A DNA stretch of 64,000 bases from Styela clava (GCF_964204865.1 NC_135251.1:16306001-16370000); one strand, 5' to 3'. Counted from the first letter of the stretch, positions 50,701-62,891 are shown. Numbers and translations: made by a program. Notes: generated by a model not told the origin, from the sequence alone.

Positions 50701-51090
50701 GTAAGTCTTCAGATTTTCTATCCAATCCTATCTTAATAAATTTTGTTTTTCCATGCTAATATAAAATATATTCAATTATCTTAACCATGATACCGGTAAC
50801 ATTCGGGACAACAATCAACTACAATGAATGGAAATACAATGAATTGTTGGATATTGAATATGTGAAATAAAGTACAATTTATATATGATTAATGTATATT
50901 TAATTTTCTTCACTTATCCGGAATTTAAACCGTGCAATTGTGTTCCGAATCCTCAATATCAATGAAAGGTTACGGTATTTGGTGAATAGATTATTGATAG
51001 CAAGCCAGCAAAATATCATTCAACATACAGACATACCTGCATACCGGTAAATGACAATGTCTGAATGTAAAGTTAGTTTAATACGATAAT

Positions 51091-51426
51091 GGCGTGGGTG
51101 GCGGTGTAGCTCAACGGGCTGAGCGTTAAGAATACGCTCGCCACCGCACCTCTAATTACTCTGCGTGGGTTCGAATCCCATGCAGGGATGGTTATGTGCG
51201 AGAGGATTGCTGGACTTCTCGCCGTCGTTGGGTGGTTCACGTTACCGCTGGTCGGTTACGGCTTCCTCCACCACCAAGTCCATGCTTCCGAAAACAAACA
51301 ATATAACTAATCCCATACCCGACTTGGAATGGTAACCGGACTAGAGGCCGTGGTTCGCCATATGGATAAGCCGTCTTATCGGCTTTCCTCTCCCCCAGGA
51401 TAAATATGTAAATCCTATCCTATCCT
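51091..51426 (+). mobile_element. Apparently full-length tRNA-derived SINE family A
   Basis: A box TAGCTCAACGGG, B box GGTTCGAATCC, ~230-bp body, (ATCCT)n tail; older copies at 143-235 and 44735-44960. Confidence 0.8.
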
Positions 51427-51447
51427 AACCCGTAGCAAACAATTTTA

Positions 51448-52004
51448 GGGTCTCATGTAGTTTCATACCTAACGTACTTTTGGTCTAGTATAGTTTAGCA
51501 CCACAAGTACTTTCAGTGGGCGTAGCATAACGATTTTTGCATATGTTATTCCTAACCCTCACCTGACTATGCCATCCGAAAATTACGTCACTTCGACATC
51601 ACCATCACGTCATAGGGATTGCCAAAGTATAATTACGATCGCCCGAAATGGCATCTGCGCCGCCGATAAGAACTTGCTGAAGCCAGCATTCTCTCTCTTA
51701 TTGCGATCGCTGCGACGAAAAAACGAGAGAAATAGCTTGCTCGATTTCGGGTTATCGTCTGCGCGTTTTGGACGACCATCCGCATACTTCGAGAGAGATC
51801 GCTGACGTTAGTCAGTTCTTTATCGTCGGAACCGATGCCATTTCTGGCGATCGTACGAGTATTTGGCAAGCTCTATGACGTGATTGTGATGTCGTAGTGA
51901 CGTAATTTTTGGATGGCGTAGTCAGGTGAGGGTTAGGATTGGCGTGTCAAAATTTTATGCTACGCCTACTAGAAATACGTTAGGTACAAAACTACACGAG
52001 ACCC
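51448..52004. mobile_element. Foldback MITE, same family as 49335-49775
   Basis: GGGTCTC...GAGACCC with long inverted arms; perfect 8-bp TSD CAATTTTA. Confidence 0.9.
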
Positions 52005-52474
52005 CAATTTTAGCTGTGTAGTACATCCATACATCAGTCTGTCAGTAGACTGGTACCGGTACCGTCTTTCAAAATTGACTTAGTTGTTAGTGTAATGTGT
52101 ATGCAGCTAGGCCGCAATTATACTTTTTCAGATTTGGAGCTTTTTATAATCAGCTGTATTTAACATATTCAGGAAAAGTTTAAAGATTTTAATCTGTAAA
52201 ATTTTCATATTGTGCCTGTGCAATCAAATGCATTCATCTTGCAATAAAAAAGAGTTTAAAAATAAGGATGAATGTGTCTTTTTAACTTTTCGCTCTTTGA
52301 TTTAAATTTACATGTCTGATTATTGTATTGTGTGAATCTACCATGAGAATCAAACAGCTCTTTAAAATGAATTTATCATTGCATAGTTCTTTACATCTGT
52401 ACATTGAAACCATAAACTCTGAAACTTGTAAATTCTCAGAATTCAATGTGTTAATATAGATTATATTTGGTATA

Positions 52475-55400
52475 ATGTCATCTGAAGTAATGACAAATGG
52501 CCCTACTTCGGCGCCTGCTGGAGAAACTGATACTTTGGCCAATGGGCCAACTTCGAATGATCAAAAAGTATGGTTGCATGCATGGAATTCTAATGAATTG
52601 CGACAAAACTCTGCCGATTGGAATTTAGCTGCAGATGCCGGTTTACTAAAATATTTGCAAGAGTTTTCGACAAATTTTATGGCCAAAGCACATGAATCAA
52701 CACTTGCAATAAACAATTTAGTTCACGAGACATGTATGACCGAAACTAAAATGCGCAGTGTTGCAGATCGGTTTTTAACCTTGAGTGATTCTCAATTTAT
52801 TGAAAATCGAGTATATGACGAGGATGTTTCAGAGGAAACAAACGCAGAGTCAAAGGAAAAAGAAGAATCAGATAATAAAGAGAAAGAACAAACTGAGATT
52901 GATGCTCTTCCTAAACTCAGAGAAGCAATACAAAGTGGCATCAAAGTTCTTGACGACGCTTTTGATGTTTTGGATGCAAATGCAGCAAACTCGGATTATG
53001 ATTCTGATATGGATTCAGATGCTGAAGATGGGCAAGGCACAAATAATTTGCCAACTAATATTTATGAACCGAAAGATCCTTATGTAACAAGACCTTTACC
53101 ACATTTAATTGGAAGTAGAGGATTTCAAGAGTCTGAGGATGTTGGAATCAAAGATCTCCCAAGCGAAGATGAAATTCAAGATGATCAAGGAAGCATTAGT
53201 GAATCAGATGAAGAGGTTGAAAAGCCAAGTGATGATAAAAAAGATTCAATTACATCATCATCATCTGAATATGATTCTGATAGTATTTCTAGTGATTCAG
53301 ATAACGAGAAAGATATCAGAGCTGGTTCTGTGAAAAAGACTAAAAAAGCAAGCTTCACTTCTGATAGTCAGTCAGATAATGACTTATTTGGAAAGAAAAA
53401 TGATTACAGTTCGAGCGAGGATGAAAATTCACCAGCACCACAAGTGAAACCTCCGAAGAAAGATCGAACTTCATCAAAAATTTCAAAAAAAAAGAAAACA
53501 GCTACAAAAGAAAAGGATGTTGATTTGTTTGGTTCGAATGAAGAAGACGGCGATGATTTATTCGCTAATGCTGGTGGGTTATTTGGTGCTGGAACAAACT
53601 TATTTGATAAAAAGAAGAAATCTGGAGGTCTCTTTGATGACGTTGATATTGAGGATGAAGAATCTGATGAAGTATCAGAAGAAGATGAAATAAGAGACAA
53701 TAAAAGTCAAACATTGTCATCTGAAGAAGAAGAGAAATCAGACAAAGATGATGAAGTTGAAGAAAAATCTTCTAAGCCTCTTGGTGGGGTATCAATGTTT
53801 AGCGGGGCAATGAACAAAGAACTACTATCAAAACTTCGAAGAGAGAGTGACACAACAAGAAGTGATACAACCTCTCAACATTCTGAACAGTCATCAACCA
53901 AGAAGGGAAGCAATTTATTCCTCGCTGATGAAGAAGAAGATGACGATGATGATTTATTTGCTAAGAAAGCACCGTCGAAACAAAACATCTCTGCAACCTC
54001 AAAGCCAAAATCAAAATCTTTTCTTGAAAGTAGTAGTGATTCAGAAAATGAAAAGCCTCCTCCTATGTCGATTAAAGCAGATAAAAACACTAAAAAGCCA
54101 GCATCTGATCTATTTGGTGATGATAGCAGTGATGATGATTTCTTTGCTCAGAAGCCTGCACCAAAAAAGCCACTTGTTGTAAAGAAACCAGAAATAAAGA
54201 AAAATGATATTTCGAAGTCATCAAAACAATCAGCTAAACCAACCAAGCCTTCAGCGCTTGACAGTTCTTCGGATGATGATTCTATGTTCTCTAATAAACC
54301 ACCTCCAGTGAATAAAACTGCTAACAAATCAAAAGGACTTTTTGATAGTGCATCCGATGATGATTTCTTCTCATCAATGAAAACAAAACCGAAACCACCT
54401 GTGGAAAGCAAGTCAAAACCAAAAGATACCGGTAAAACCAAAGAAACTGCTAAACCAAAAACTGATAGCAAAGCTAAAGGGCTTTTTGATAGTGATTCCG
54501 ATGATGACTTCACCGGAGCTATAAAACCAAAATCCAAATCGAAGGATAATGATAAAGTAAAAAAGAAGTCATTATTAAGTGATGGTAGCGACAGTGATGA
54601 TTTGTTTTCTCCTGGCCAAAGTTTGCCAGTAAAAAAAGAGCCTCAATCAAATAATATAAAGAATGAAGAGATTATGAAAAGCAAATCAGATTCTTTATTC
54701 AGTGCAGAATCAGGAGATGAATCTGAAAAGGAAGAAATTATTCCACCTAAAAAGAAACCCGCAGGAGCAGTGGCAATGTTTGGAGGAGGTTTTGGTGGCG
54801 CTGAGCTATCTGCCGCAATCAGTAAAAGACGATCAACTTCCGAAATAAGCAACAAGTCTTCAAGCAGTGCTGATTTTGATTCAGAGAAAGGCTCAAGAAA
54901 AACGTCAGATGCTAGCTCCAAATTGAAAGATGAAGACAAAAAGGAAGATGCTGTTTTACCCACTGTAAATGAAACATCTACTAAATCCGATGAAACAAGA
55001 CCTATAGTCGAATTGACAAAACCAGTTATTGTACCGTCACCCACCACGACCAAGAAATCATTTAGTAATGCCACAGCAAAACCATTTAAGCCATTTGGAA
55101 ATTCACCGATTATGACTAAAAGCAAACCAGTGATGATAGATGGGTCTGGTGGCAAGAAATCAGTGAATGAATTACGTGCTGGTCTCTCCTTCAATCCTTC
55201 CACTTTATTACCAGGTGCTGTACCTAAACCAAAACCAGTTGAAAAGACGGAAGTATCGTTTGACAAACCCCCTGTTCTAAAGACACTTGAGAGCGTAAAT
55301 AAGACAAGAGCTCGAGGACAGGCGAACCGGCGCCCACCTAGTCGTCATGGAAAATCTCGCCGACCTGTTTCAAGTCCACCATCAACTTTCACCAGTGATA

Positions 55401-56446
55401 TTCTCAATGATAAGGAAATCTCGGCTCCTAAACCTCCATTAGAAGACAGTGCCTCGAAAAAGCAGAGTGGAGGAGAGAAGAACAAACCGAATAAAATTTC
55501 TGAATCGAAGGAGCAAAAATCCACCTCTGATATATTTCAACAATCTGAAACACCTGCTGAAAAAGAAAAACCTCAAACAGCTTTAATAGATTCTGCAGAT
55601 ATTGATGCGGAATTATTTTCAGGTTCGCTATTTTCTAAGAGCAAGTCAACCAAGTCTAAAACCAAAGCACCGAAATTGTTTGACGATGATGATATATTCG
55701 GTGATACTTTGAAAGATGAAAAATCCAACAAAGAGAAAAAATCAGCCCCAAATTTGTCTTTCAATGATGATGTCGATGAGCTGTTTGAAGATCTCAACAT
55801 TACAGGCGGCGTTTTGTCTAAAAATAAGAAAAAACCTAGCAAACAGGATGATATATTCGGTGATGATAGTGAAAAAGATAACATGGAGGATGCAGGAGAT
55901 ATTTTTGGTAAAACTAATCAAAGAAAGACGTCAAAAAGAGAGAGTAAATTGCCATCAGATGATGATATATTTGGTGATATACTTCCAGAAGCAAAACCTA
56001 AATCTGAAAAAACGAAAAAAGTCGTAGACGATATGGATATATTTGGTGATGAATTAGATTTTACTCTTCCTTCTGCTAAATCTAAGAAAAACATTGAAAA
56101 AGATCTGTTCGCTGATGATGAAATTACGGCAGAAATTCCACCTAAAAAATCACCGAAGGTTGAAAAAAAGAAAACAGCTGCCGCAAACAACAGCATTTTT
56201 GATGATGATATATTCGCAGAAACGTTGCCGCAGAAAAAGACTAAAAAAAGTGAGAAGAAAGCTAAGGCATCAAAAGCACCAGCTTCATCTATTTTTGACG
56301 ATGATGATGTCGCAGATATCTTCCAGTCAACCTCAAATAAACCATCTGGTAAACCGAAGAAGGCAACCACTACTAAAAAGAATATATCTCAACCGGAAAA
56401 GGCTAAAACAGCCACTGTAACTGATGACCCATTGGGTCTATTTTGA
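52475..56446 (+). CDS. WASHC2: WASH complex subunit 2 (FAM21); 1323 aa, intronless
   Basis: Head domain W.LAADAGLL..LQEFS / FLTLSDSQFIENRVYDE / YEPKDPY..RPLPHLIGS, many LF-acidic (LFa) repeats, capping-protein-interaction motif LESVNKTRARGQANRRPPSR, and C-terminal DDPLGLF. Acceptor aatatag at 52453-52459; AATAAA at 57353. Confidence 0.93.
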   Translation: MSSEVMTNGPTSAPAGETDTLANGPTSNDQKVWLHAWNSNELRQNSADWNLAADAGLLKYLQEFSTNFMAKAHESTLAINNLVHETCMTETKMRSVADRFLTLSDSQFIENRVYDEDVSEETNAESKEKEESDNKEKEQTEIDALPKLREAIQSGIKVLDDAFDVLDANAANSDYDSDMDSDAEDGQGTNNLPTNIYEPKDPYVTRPLPHLIGSRGFQESEDVGIKDLPSEDEIQDDQGSISESDEEVEKPSDDKKDSITSSSSEYDSDSISSDSDNEKDIRAGSVKKTKKASFTSDSQSDNDLFGKKNDYSSSEDENSPAPQVKPPKKDRTSSKISKKKKTATKEKDVDLFGSNEEDGDDLFANAGGLFGAGTNLFDKKKKSGGLFDDVDIEDEESDEVSEEDEIRDNKSQTLSSEEEEKSDKDDEVEEKSSKPLGGVSMFSGAMNKELLSKLRRESDTTRSDTTSQHSEQSSTKKGSNLFLADEEEDDDDDLFAKKAPSKQNISATSKPKSKSFLESSSDSENEKPPPMSIKADKNTKKPASDLFGDDSSDDDFFAQKPAPKKPLVVKKPEIKKNDISKSSKQSAKPTKPSALDSSSDDDSMFSNKPPPVNKTANKSKGLFDSASDDDFFSSMKTKPKPPVESKSKPKDTGKTKETAKPKTDSKAKGLFDSDSDDDFTGAIKPKSKSKDNDKVKKKSLLSDGSDSDDLFSPGQSLPVKKEPQSNNIKNEEIMKSKSDSLFSAESGDESEKEEIIPPKKKPAGAVAMFGGGFGGAELSAAISKRRSTSEISNKSSSSADFDSEKGSRKTSDASSKLKDEDKKEDAVLPTVNETSTKSDETRPIVELTKPVIVPSPTTTKKSFSNATAKPFKPFGNSPIMTKSKPVMIDGSGGKKSVNELRAGLSFNPSTLLPGAVPKPKPVEKTEVSFDKPPVLKTLESVNKTRARGQANRRPPSRHGKSRRPVSSPPSTFTSDILNDKEISAPKPPLEDSASKKQSGGEKNKPNKISESKEQKSTSDIFQQSETPAEKEKPQTALIDSADIDAELFSGSLFSKSKSTKSKTKAPKLFDDDDIFGDTLKDEKSNKEKKSAPNLSFNDDVDELFEDLNITGGVLSKNKKKPSKQDDIFGDDSEKDNMEDAGDIFGKTNQRKTSKRESKLPSDDDIFGDILPEAKPKSEKTKKVVDDMDIFGDELDFTLPSAKSKKNIEKDLFADDEITAEIPPKKSPKVEKKKTAAANNSIFDDDIFAETLPQKKTKKSEKKAKASKAPASSIFDDDDVADIFQSTSNKPSGKPKKATTTKKNISQPEKAKTATVTDDPLGLF

Positions 56447-56641
56447 TTTCAACCTGCATTTGTGAACTTAAATTTTCGGTGCTGTAGTAATTTGGAATGC
56501 AGCATTCAAATTTTTTAGCTTTATTTAAAATATAGTCAGCAACGAGCTTCGTCTGTGCAATTATATTTTTCTAATGATTCCACTTTTCATATGTATAACA
56601 TATTAGATACTGTGTTGTAAAATAGCTATTATAGTATAAAT

Positions 56642-56987
56642 CAGGAGTGGCCAACACGTCGATCGCGATCGATAGTCTGATGTTGAGTGAATTTAATAAC
56701 AAACCCCAAAAAATTACCGTGAAATGAATGTGCTGAATATCATACATAATCAAATTAACAAATTAAATGGAACATAAAAATACAAATTATTGTGGCAATT
56801 TCATTGAAAATGCACTCCCAGAGCCGAGCTTATTGGCAGCAGTGGAATTATTTGTATACATGTGTGCAGTTATCTGCATATTCAGTACTCATTCGTTTTT
56901 GTGTATGATCTTATTACCAATCAGTCGATTGCAAGCTATTTTGAAGATTTTAGTCGATCGCGGTCTAAAGCAGGTTGGTCACCCCTG
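56642..56987. mobile_element. hAT MITE in the probable WASHC2 3' UTR
   Basis: TIR CAGGAGTGGCCAAC / GTTGGTCACCCCTG; perfect TSD GTATAAAT. Confidence 0.88.
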
Positions 56988-58195
56988 GTATAAATACTTG
57001 AAAATTTTTGGATTGAAGGGTATTTTTGATTGGTTAATCATATCTGGCTAGGCAGAGATGTTGAAAATGCTTGAATCACACTTTCACAAATTTAATTTTG
57101 GATTGTAAAACCTCGCCAAAGTCAGCTTTTTCAAACACAGCATTTGCTATTCTGAACATATCGCTTTTATGTTCTTTTCATGTCCCAAGTTTATTTATTT
57201 AGCATAATACTGTTTTTGATCAGATGAAATTATACAGAATTTATTGATTTTGAAATATGAAAGTATAATAACTAATAGCAAATTTGATTATATGCCTGTT
57301 AATTTAAATGTGAAGAAATTTATTGTGTTATTATTCAGTTTTTCTTATTTTCAATAAAATGTGCAATCTTTATTTTTGATTTATCATTTATTGTTTGTTG
57401 ATTTATGTTTCAATTTTCAATACTGCTATATTTATTTCTCAGTCTGATTAGGAATATATAAAGAAGAAATTGTAGGCCAACTTTCCATTATGTAATGTTC
57501 AATAGATTTAGGTAAATAAAGGTAAAAAAAAGATTGGGCATTTCTAATTAGGCTGTATTATTTTATGTGGAGTGATGATTCTGACACCTTATTCAGATTT
57601 TGAAATGTTCAACCAATTCAGTGTTTAAAAATGTGTTGATGCTTCCTATTCCAAGTGCTGTGGAATGTAATATTTTGAACCATATACTTAACCATTTGAA
57701 ATGTCTTCAAAGATTAAAGCCATTGTCCATTTTTCAAATTTGCACCAGGCATATTTTATTTGGTGCTAAATCAGTTAATCAATATACCCTATTTGTTACC
57801 CTGAGATTGTTATTGTATGTGTATGTGTTTATGTAACACAGGTGATCCATTGTTTCCTGTGTAACGGAATATTATTTCCTGCACATACTGCTATTTTGTA
57901 GGCAGGCATTTGATTTCTATCGTTTTTAAGTCGGTTGCATAAATTTAAGGGATGTGCTCAATACTAAAGGTCATGCATGTGACAGTGTCATTGAATTTAC
58001 CCTGATTTGTTCATAATAGGACAATATACAATCCAATGACATAAATCATCTCAAGACAAGAATGTTGGATTACCATTATACCTTCCCTATTATTATTATC
58101 TGTATCTGATATTGATTATATTGTTTTTGATCATAACATTTCTTCCTGTTATTATCTTATTTAAGTTTGTATACTTATAATTGTAGTTTGTTATA

Positions 58196-61100
58196 ATGAT
58201 GAGATTATTAGCCTTAATCGTTTTGGTGTTGGTGCTTGTGGCTGTAAATGCTGCTGAAAAGAAAAAAGGTCTTCAAATTGGAGTGAAGCACAAACCAGAA
58301 AATTGTAACAAAGATGAGACAAGGAAAGCGAAGAAGGGAGATGTCTTAGATATGCACTATACGGTAAAATATTCTTGTCTGATGTCTGAACCAAACTTAA
58401 AGCTTAGCTTCATTTGCTTCTTGTCTGGTTATTAATAGTTGAATAAAGAAGCTACAACTGACTACCATGTTATGGTAAGGACTTGATGAACCATTGCAAA
58501 TACCAGTAACAGGCACAATTATTAAATTTTTTTACGCAAATTTTTCTAAAATATTTCCCGCTAGTTATCTAACATCAGCATTAGTCATAGTCAAGTTTAT
58601 TTTTTTCCATTCAGTGAAAAAAGTTAACATGCAAAATTAAGACGAAAAAATAATATTGAATACACATTTTACTGGGGAGGGGAAGCCGCGGGGCACCAAA
58701 GCTGGCTATCAAGCAGCGACACCCAAAAGCATTAACTCATGCTTCAACTCTATGCGTGCTTCAACTCTATGCGTGTGCTGGGGCTTTTCTCCCTTTTACT
58801 TTTTGATGCCAGCTAGACAAGAGATGTGATTATGAAACAAGGTCTCCATACACTCAATATTTATGTATCCAAGAATAACATGAAAAATACTCCAACTGGA
58901 CCGGCCCTGGAACAAATATATTGATCGAATAGATTAATTAAAATAGAGGTTTGCTTCATTTTTGCATTTATTTTTAGGGAACTCTTGAAGATGGTACAAA
59001 ATTTGATAGTTCTGTTGATCGCGACCAGCCGTTTACTTTCACACTAGGTGTAGGACAGGTTATTAAAGGATGGGACCAAGGACTACTTGGGTAAGACGAG
59101 TCTATTTTGATGTCTTAATTTTTATAATATATGGCCAGACTGTATATTACCAATGCGATGAACATAAGAAGAGCGTGGAGTCAGTAAACATTACTTGTCT
59201 CCTACTGAGTCAATTGAGGATGACTTCAAAAAACTCTCTACGACAGTGGTTCCCAAACTGTGGGTGCGACCCTGGGTGGGATTGCCTTATTCTGTTAAAC
59301 ATGCTCACAAGTGAATATGATTTGAAAGTTGGAAAGTGATATTTGTGCTGGTCGACGAGTATTAGTAAATGTAATTGAGTACTGTTACGAGCCCCAACAA
59401 TATTTGTCTATTTTGTAGCTTTTTTGATCGTGTTACATCCAAATTAGTAGTTCATTATCCTTAGCTTTTTCTTTTCTTCCATGAGTAACTGCACTGCAGC
59501 CTAAACAAACTGTCCCACTCGCTGGTACGTGGACCGGATTTTTTGCCAGGCTGCGAGAAATTATGTTGGTTTGTTATTTTGTATCAATGTAGCCGCTTGG
59601 TTATACAATATAAAAGGCAAAGATGCTTTATTTGGCAATTGGCCCTTAATTAGGTGTTTGACAAGAATGGTATTGATTGCCAGGCAATGTCTTGACCGAG
59701 TAAACACACTTCAGATTTCGATGATTATCGTATTTAGAGGTTTCATACATAATTTCGAAGCGTTCCAAGCAGTCAACACAAAACCACAACAAATTATAGC
59801 ATAATAAAAGGCACCTAATAAAATGTAATCCTGTACACCAGGCCTGCACAACTCAAATTACCACGAGGGCCGCAAGCATAAATCTGAAGGCCCGGCGGGC
59901 CGCAAACTTTGCCACATACATATTTAACAAGCTGAACTAAAATCAAAATAATATTGTGAAACAGTTAAATTTAATGAATCACTTTCATTACTGGGGAACT
60001 TAAAAATATAAAGAATCTTATTTTCTTGAGTAAAACCAAGGTAGGCCCTACAGTATTTTTGCATAGGAGATGGCAAATATGTATTTAATGGTTCATCTAC
60101 CTTGAAAACCCATCCTTCATTTTCAATATTTCTTTTTCATTAGAATTAGGTATTGCATGTTGCAGTATAAACTGACTGCAGGAAAATATTCTACTCAGGT
60201 TCAGATTTGTAAAATCGTCCCAAATATATGTATGACAAGTTATTTAGTCATATCTACCATTATTGAATATTTCCATTGTAGCTAGACAAACAATCCGTTT
60301 AGTAGCAATAGGTCTTCCTCTGTTGTACTTTTTTGACTGGTAAATTACATTTTTCTACAAAATCTGCTCCAATTTATTTGAAATTTTACAGTAAATAGCA
60401 AAATCTTTTGTGCGAAAATTTCTGCACCATTCATAAATGAAAGAATTTTTTTTAAGTTCTAAATTTGAATCAAAGAAGAAACTTCAGTTTCATAAACTGC
60501 TAGTAAAAATAATGGGGTTATTAATAGGTTGCTAATATGCACTGATGGGTGTGAGATTGTATACCGATATTGTTTTATGCGTGATCCAGTCAGATCAGGT
60601 TTTCCCAAACTGGGGAGCGAGGGGTCGAGCAACGATTTTAAGGGGTTGAGAAGGGCACACCAATTTCGAATATGATCGGAGTAGCGGTGCGCTTGCATAA
60701 CAATGCCGGCTTTGATTGTTAGACTCGAGAAGTGGCGTGTTTCCAAATCACCCGCGGGCCGCACAGAAGTATCTAGCAGGCCGCATGTTGTGCAGGCCTG
60801 CTGTACACATTCTTCCTATTTTACTTTCTTATCAATAATGAAGCAATCTGTAACATTGAACTCTAAAAGACACTGTTGGAATATACCAAATAAGATTTCA
60901 AATTTATGTATATTTAGAAGAAATCTTACTATTTCTGAAATATCACACTTCTATACAATCTACCGCGTTTTATAAAGTCTGCTGCCTATGTTTTTCCAAG
61001 GAACCGTTATAATTCTGATCTAGGAGAACTTTACACCGTGGCTTAGCTTCCATACGATGCCATATGTTATCAAATCTTCTGAGGATTCCCTGTTTTTCCG

Positions 61101-61517
61101 AAGCATTGCCGAACTCCTTCATATATTTTTTGAGCCAACTATAAAAAGTCAAGGTTACTGAATTTTCTTATATTTTCAGCATGTGCGAAGGAGAGAAAAG
61201 AAAATTAAAAATACCGTCCGATCTTGGTAAGAATTTGCTTCACAAAAATTTATAAATCAACAATTAATAAAACACAAATAATGATATTTATATGCATTGC
61301 AGGGTATGGTGACCGTGGATCTCCACCAAAGATACCTGGTAAGTAAGGAGTCGCAGGCAGTCTTGAAAGGGTCAATGGAAAACATAATGTGAAAATCAGA
61401 TCAAATTTTAACAACTTGTTCAAGCTAAATAATCACAAGAGGTTTTTTGTTTTAGGTGGTGCCACGCTCATATTTGAGGTTGAACTTCTCAAAATCAAAG
61501 GAAAGTCTGAACTGTAG
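58196..61517 (+). CDS. FKBP2: ER peptidyl-prolyl isomerase FKBP2 (FKBP13); 5 exons
   Basis: Exons 58196-58363, 58978-59090, 61180-61226, 61303-61338, 61456-61517 (426 nt, 141 aa). Signal peptide; [76 protein letters not shown]; C-terminal KSEL ER-retention-like tetrapeptide. Confidence 0.93.
58740..58773. repeat. Perfect 17-bp tandem duplication
   Basis: (tgcttcaactctatgcg)x2 in FKBP2 intron 1. Confidence 0.8.
59839..60800. mobile_element. hAT non-autonomous element in FKBP2 intron 2
   Basis: TIR CAGGCCTGCACAAC / GTTGTGCAGGCCTG; perfect TSD CTGTACAC; subterminal GGGCCGC repeats. Confidence 0.9.
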
Positions 61518-61982
61518 TTAATCCAAACTATGCCAGAGTTGACCAAATAAATGTCTGTCTTGTCTTGAAAAATTCATCCATGTCCTATCATAAAAATGCT
61601 GCAATAAAAGTGCTGGTCGACTACAAAAGACTGATTTTTGTGTGGACTCCTACAGTTTTGGGTTTCAGGTGTTCGATGGTATTACAGATTTGCACAGATT
61701 CATTACTATATAAGCTCGTGCGCACACCAGGTGATGTACCGTGTATCAGCTAGGGTTACAAGGTAAATTACATTGCAGTTATTTCAATAAACTGCCTTTT
61801 AGCATCTGGGTCACAAATTCGATTTCACATCTCAACATATATATACCGGTATGTATATTATTGTATCGAAAAATCTGCTTTTTGAAATATTTAATTTTAT
61901 TGGTATCACTAATGCAGACCGTCGATTAGATGGGTGAATTACTAAAATCTATATGCTGATATCGCAGGAGGACCATCTATGT

Positions 61983-62333
61983 CAGGAGTCGGCAACCCCT
62001 GGCACGCGTGCATTTTACATGACACGCCAAGTGATTTGAGGCGCACGTGGAATCAGTGTATAAGCTTGTGAGATTGCGAACTGAATTGCCAACAGAAAAT
62101 GATGTAATAAATTTATATAGTCCCGATATTACAGGGTTGAGCAAGGAAAAGAAAGAACGAGGATCTCATTATAAGCGAGTCTTCTGATTGTATTAGACTT
62201 TGTCCAATAAAAGTATTAAAATAAATTTAATCTTCCATTTGCTTACTATTCTTATAAGGTAGTTGAAAAGGCAAACCAAACACATAAAAAATTTTGGCAT
62301 GCGAAGCTGCGTACGAAAGGTTGCCGACCCCTG
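61983..62333. mobile_element. hAT MITE
   Basis: TIR CAGGAGTCGGCAACC / GGTTGCCGACCCCTG; perfect TSD ATCTATGT. Confidence 0.88.
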
Positions 62334-62891
62334 ATCTATGTCATACCTAGATCAGGTACATTAAATCTCGCTATAATATCTGCGATGGAAATTTATTAGT
62401 TAAATCTGTCAAACGTTGTTTAATGATGACCATGACCGCATCATATTTAAGTAAATTCTAAATAATGAAATTAAAAAAGAAAAAGTTGACATTATTCTCA
62501 TGATATAGATAAAAAATAAACCATCTAATATTAGCAAAGCAAGCAATCATTTATTGCTCTCCTTGCTTAATTGAAGATCAGGATTTGCATGAGCTAAGGA
62601 TCTCAAAAATAGTAATAAGCTTCATCAGCAGGGATGCAAGTATTTGAACCATGATTCAGCAATAATAATATAAAATTTATTAACTTTCAGTCAACTAACT
62701 ATGGAATTTTAAAACTGTGATACATATTATACACAAGTCATAATCTTGGGGTAGCTACCAAAACAAGGCAGACAACATGAATAAATCAAGTTAGCTTCAA
62801 AGAGTATTCAACAAACAATTATTCAAAATAACATAAGTAGAATCATATTGATTAGTACTTCTGATGCATGCCAGAAGAATACACAATTTTT

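Noticed and set aside
51098-51186. tRNA gene
   Set aside because: A and B boxes are present, but there is no acceptor stem or cloverleaf. It continues into a repeat body with a tandem tail and has decayed copies elsewhere, so it is a SINE head.
51569-51869. Short ORFs on both strands
   Set aside because: They lie inside a GC-richer palindromic MITE and show no transposase motifs.
49335-52004. Single composite transposon carrying the promoter
   Set aside because: Each MITE has its own different perfect TSD and the outer flanks do not match.
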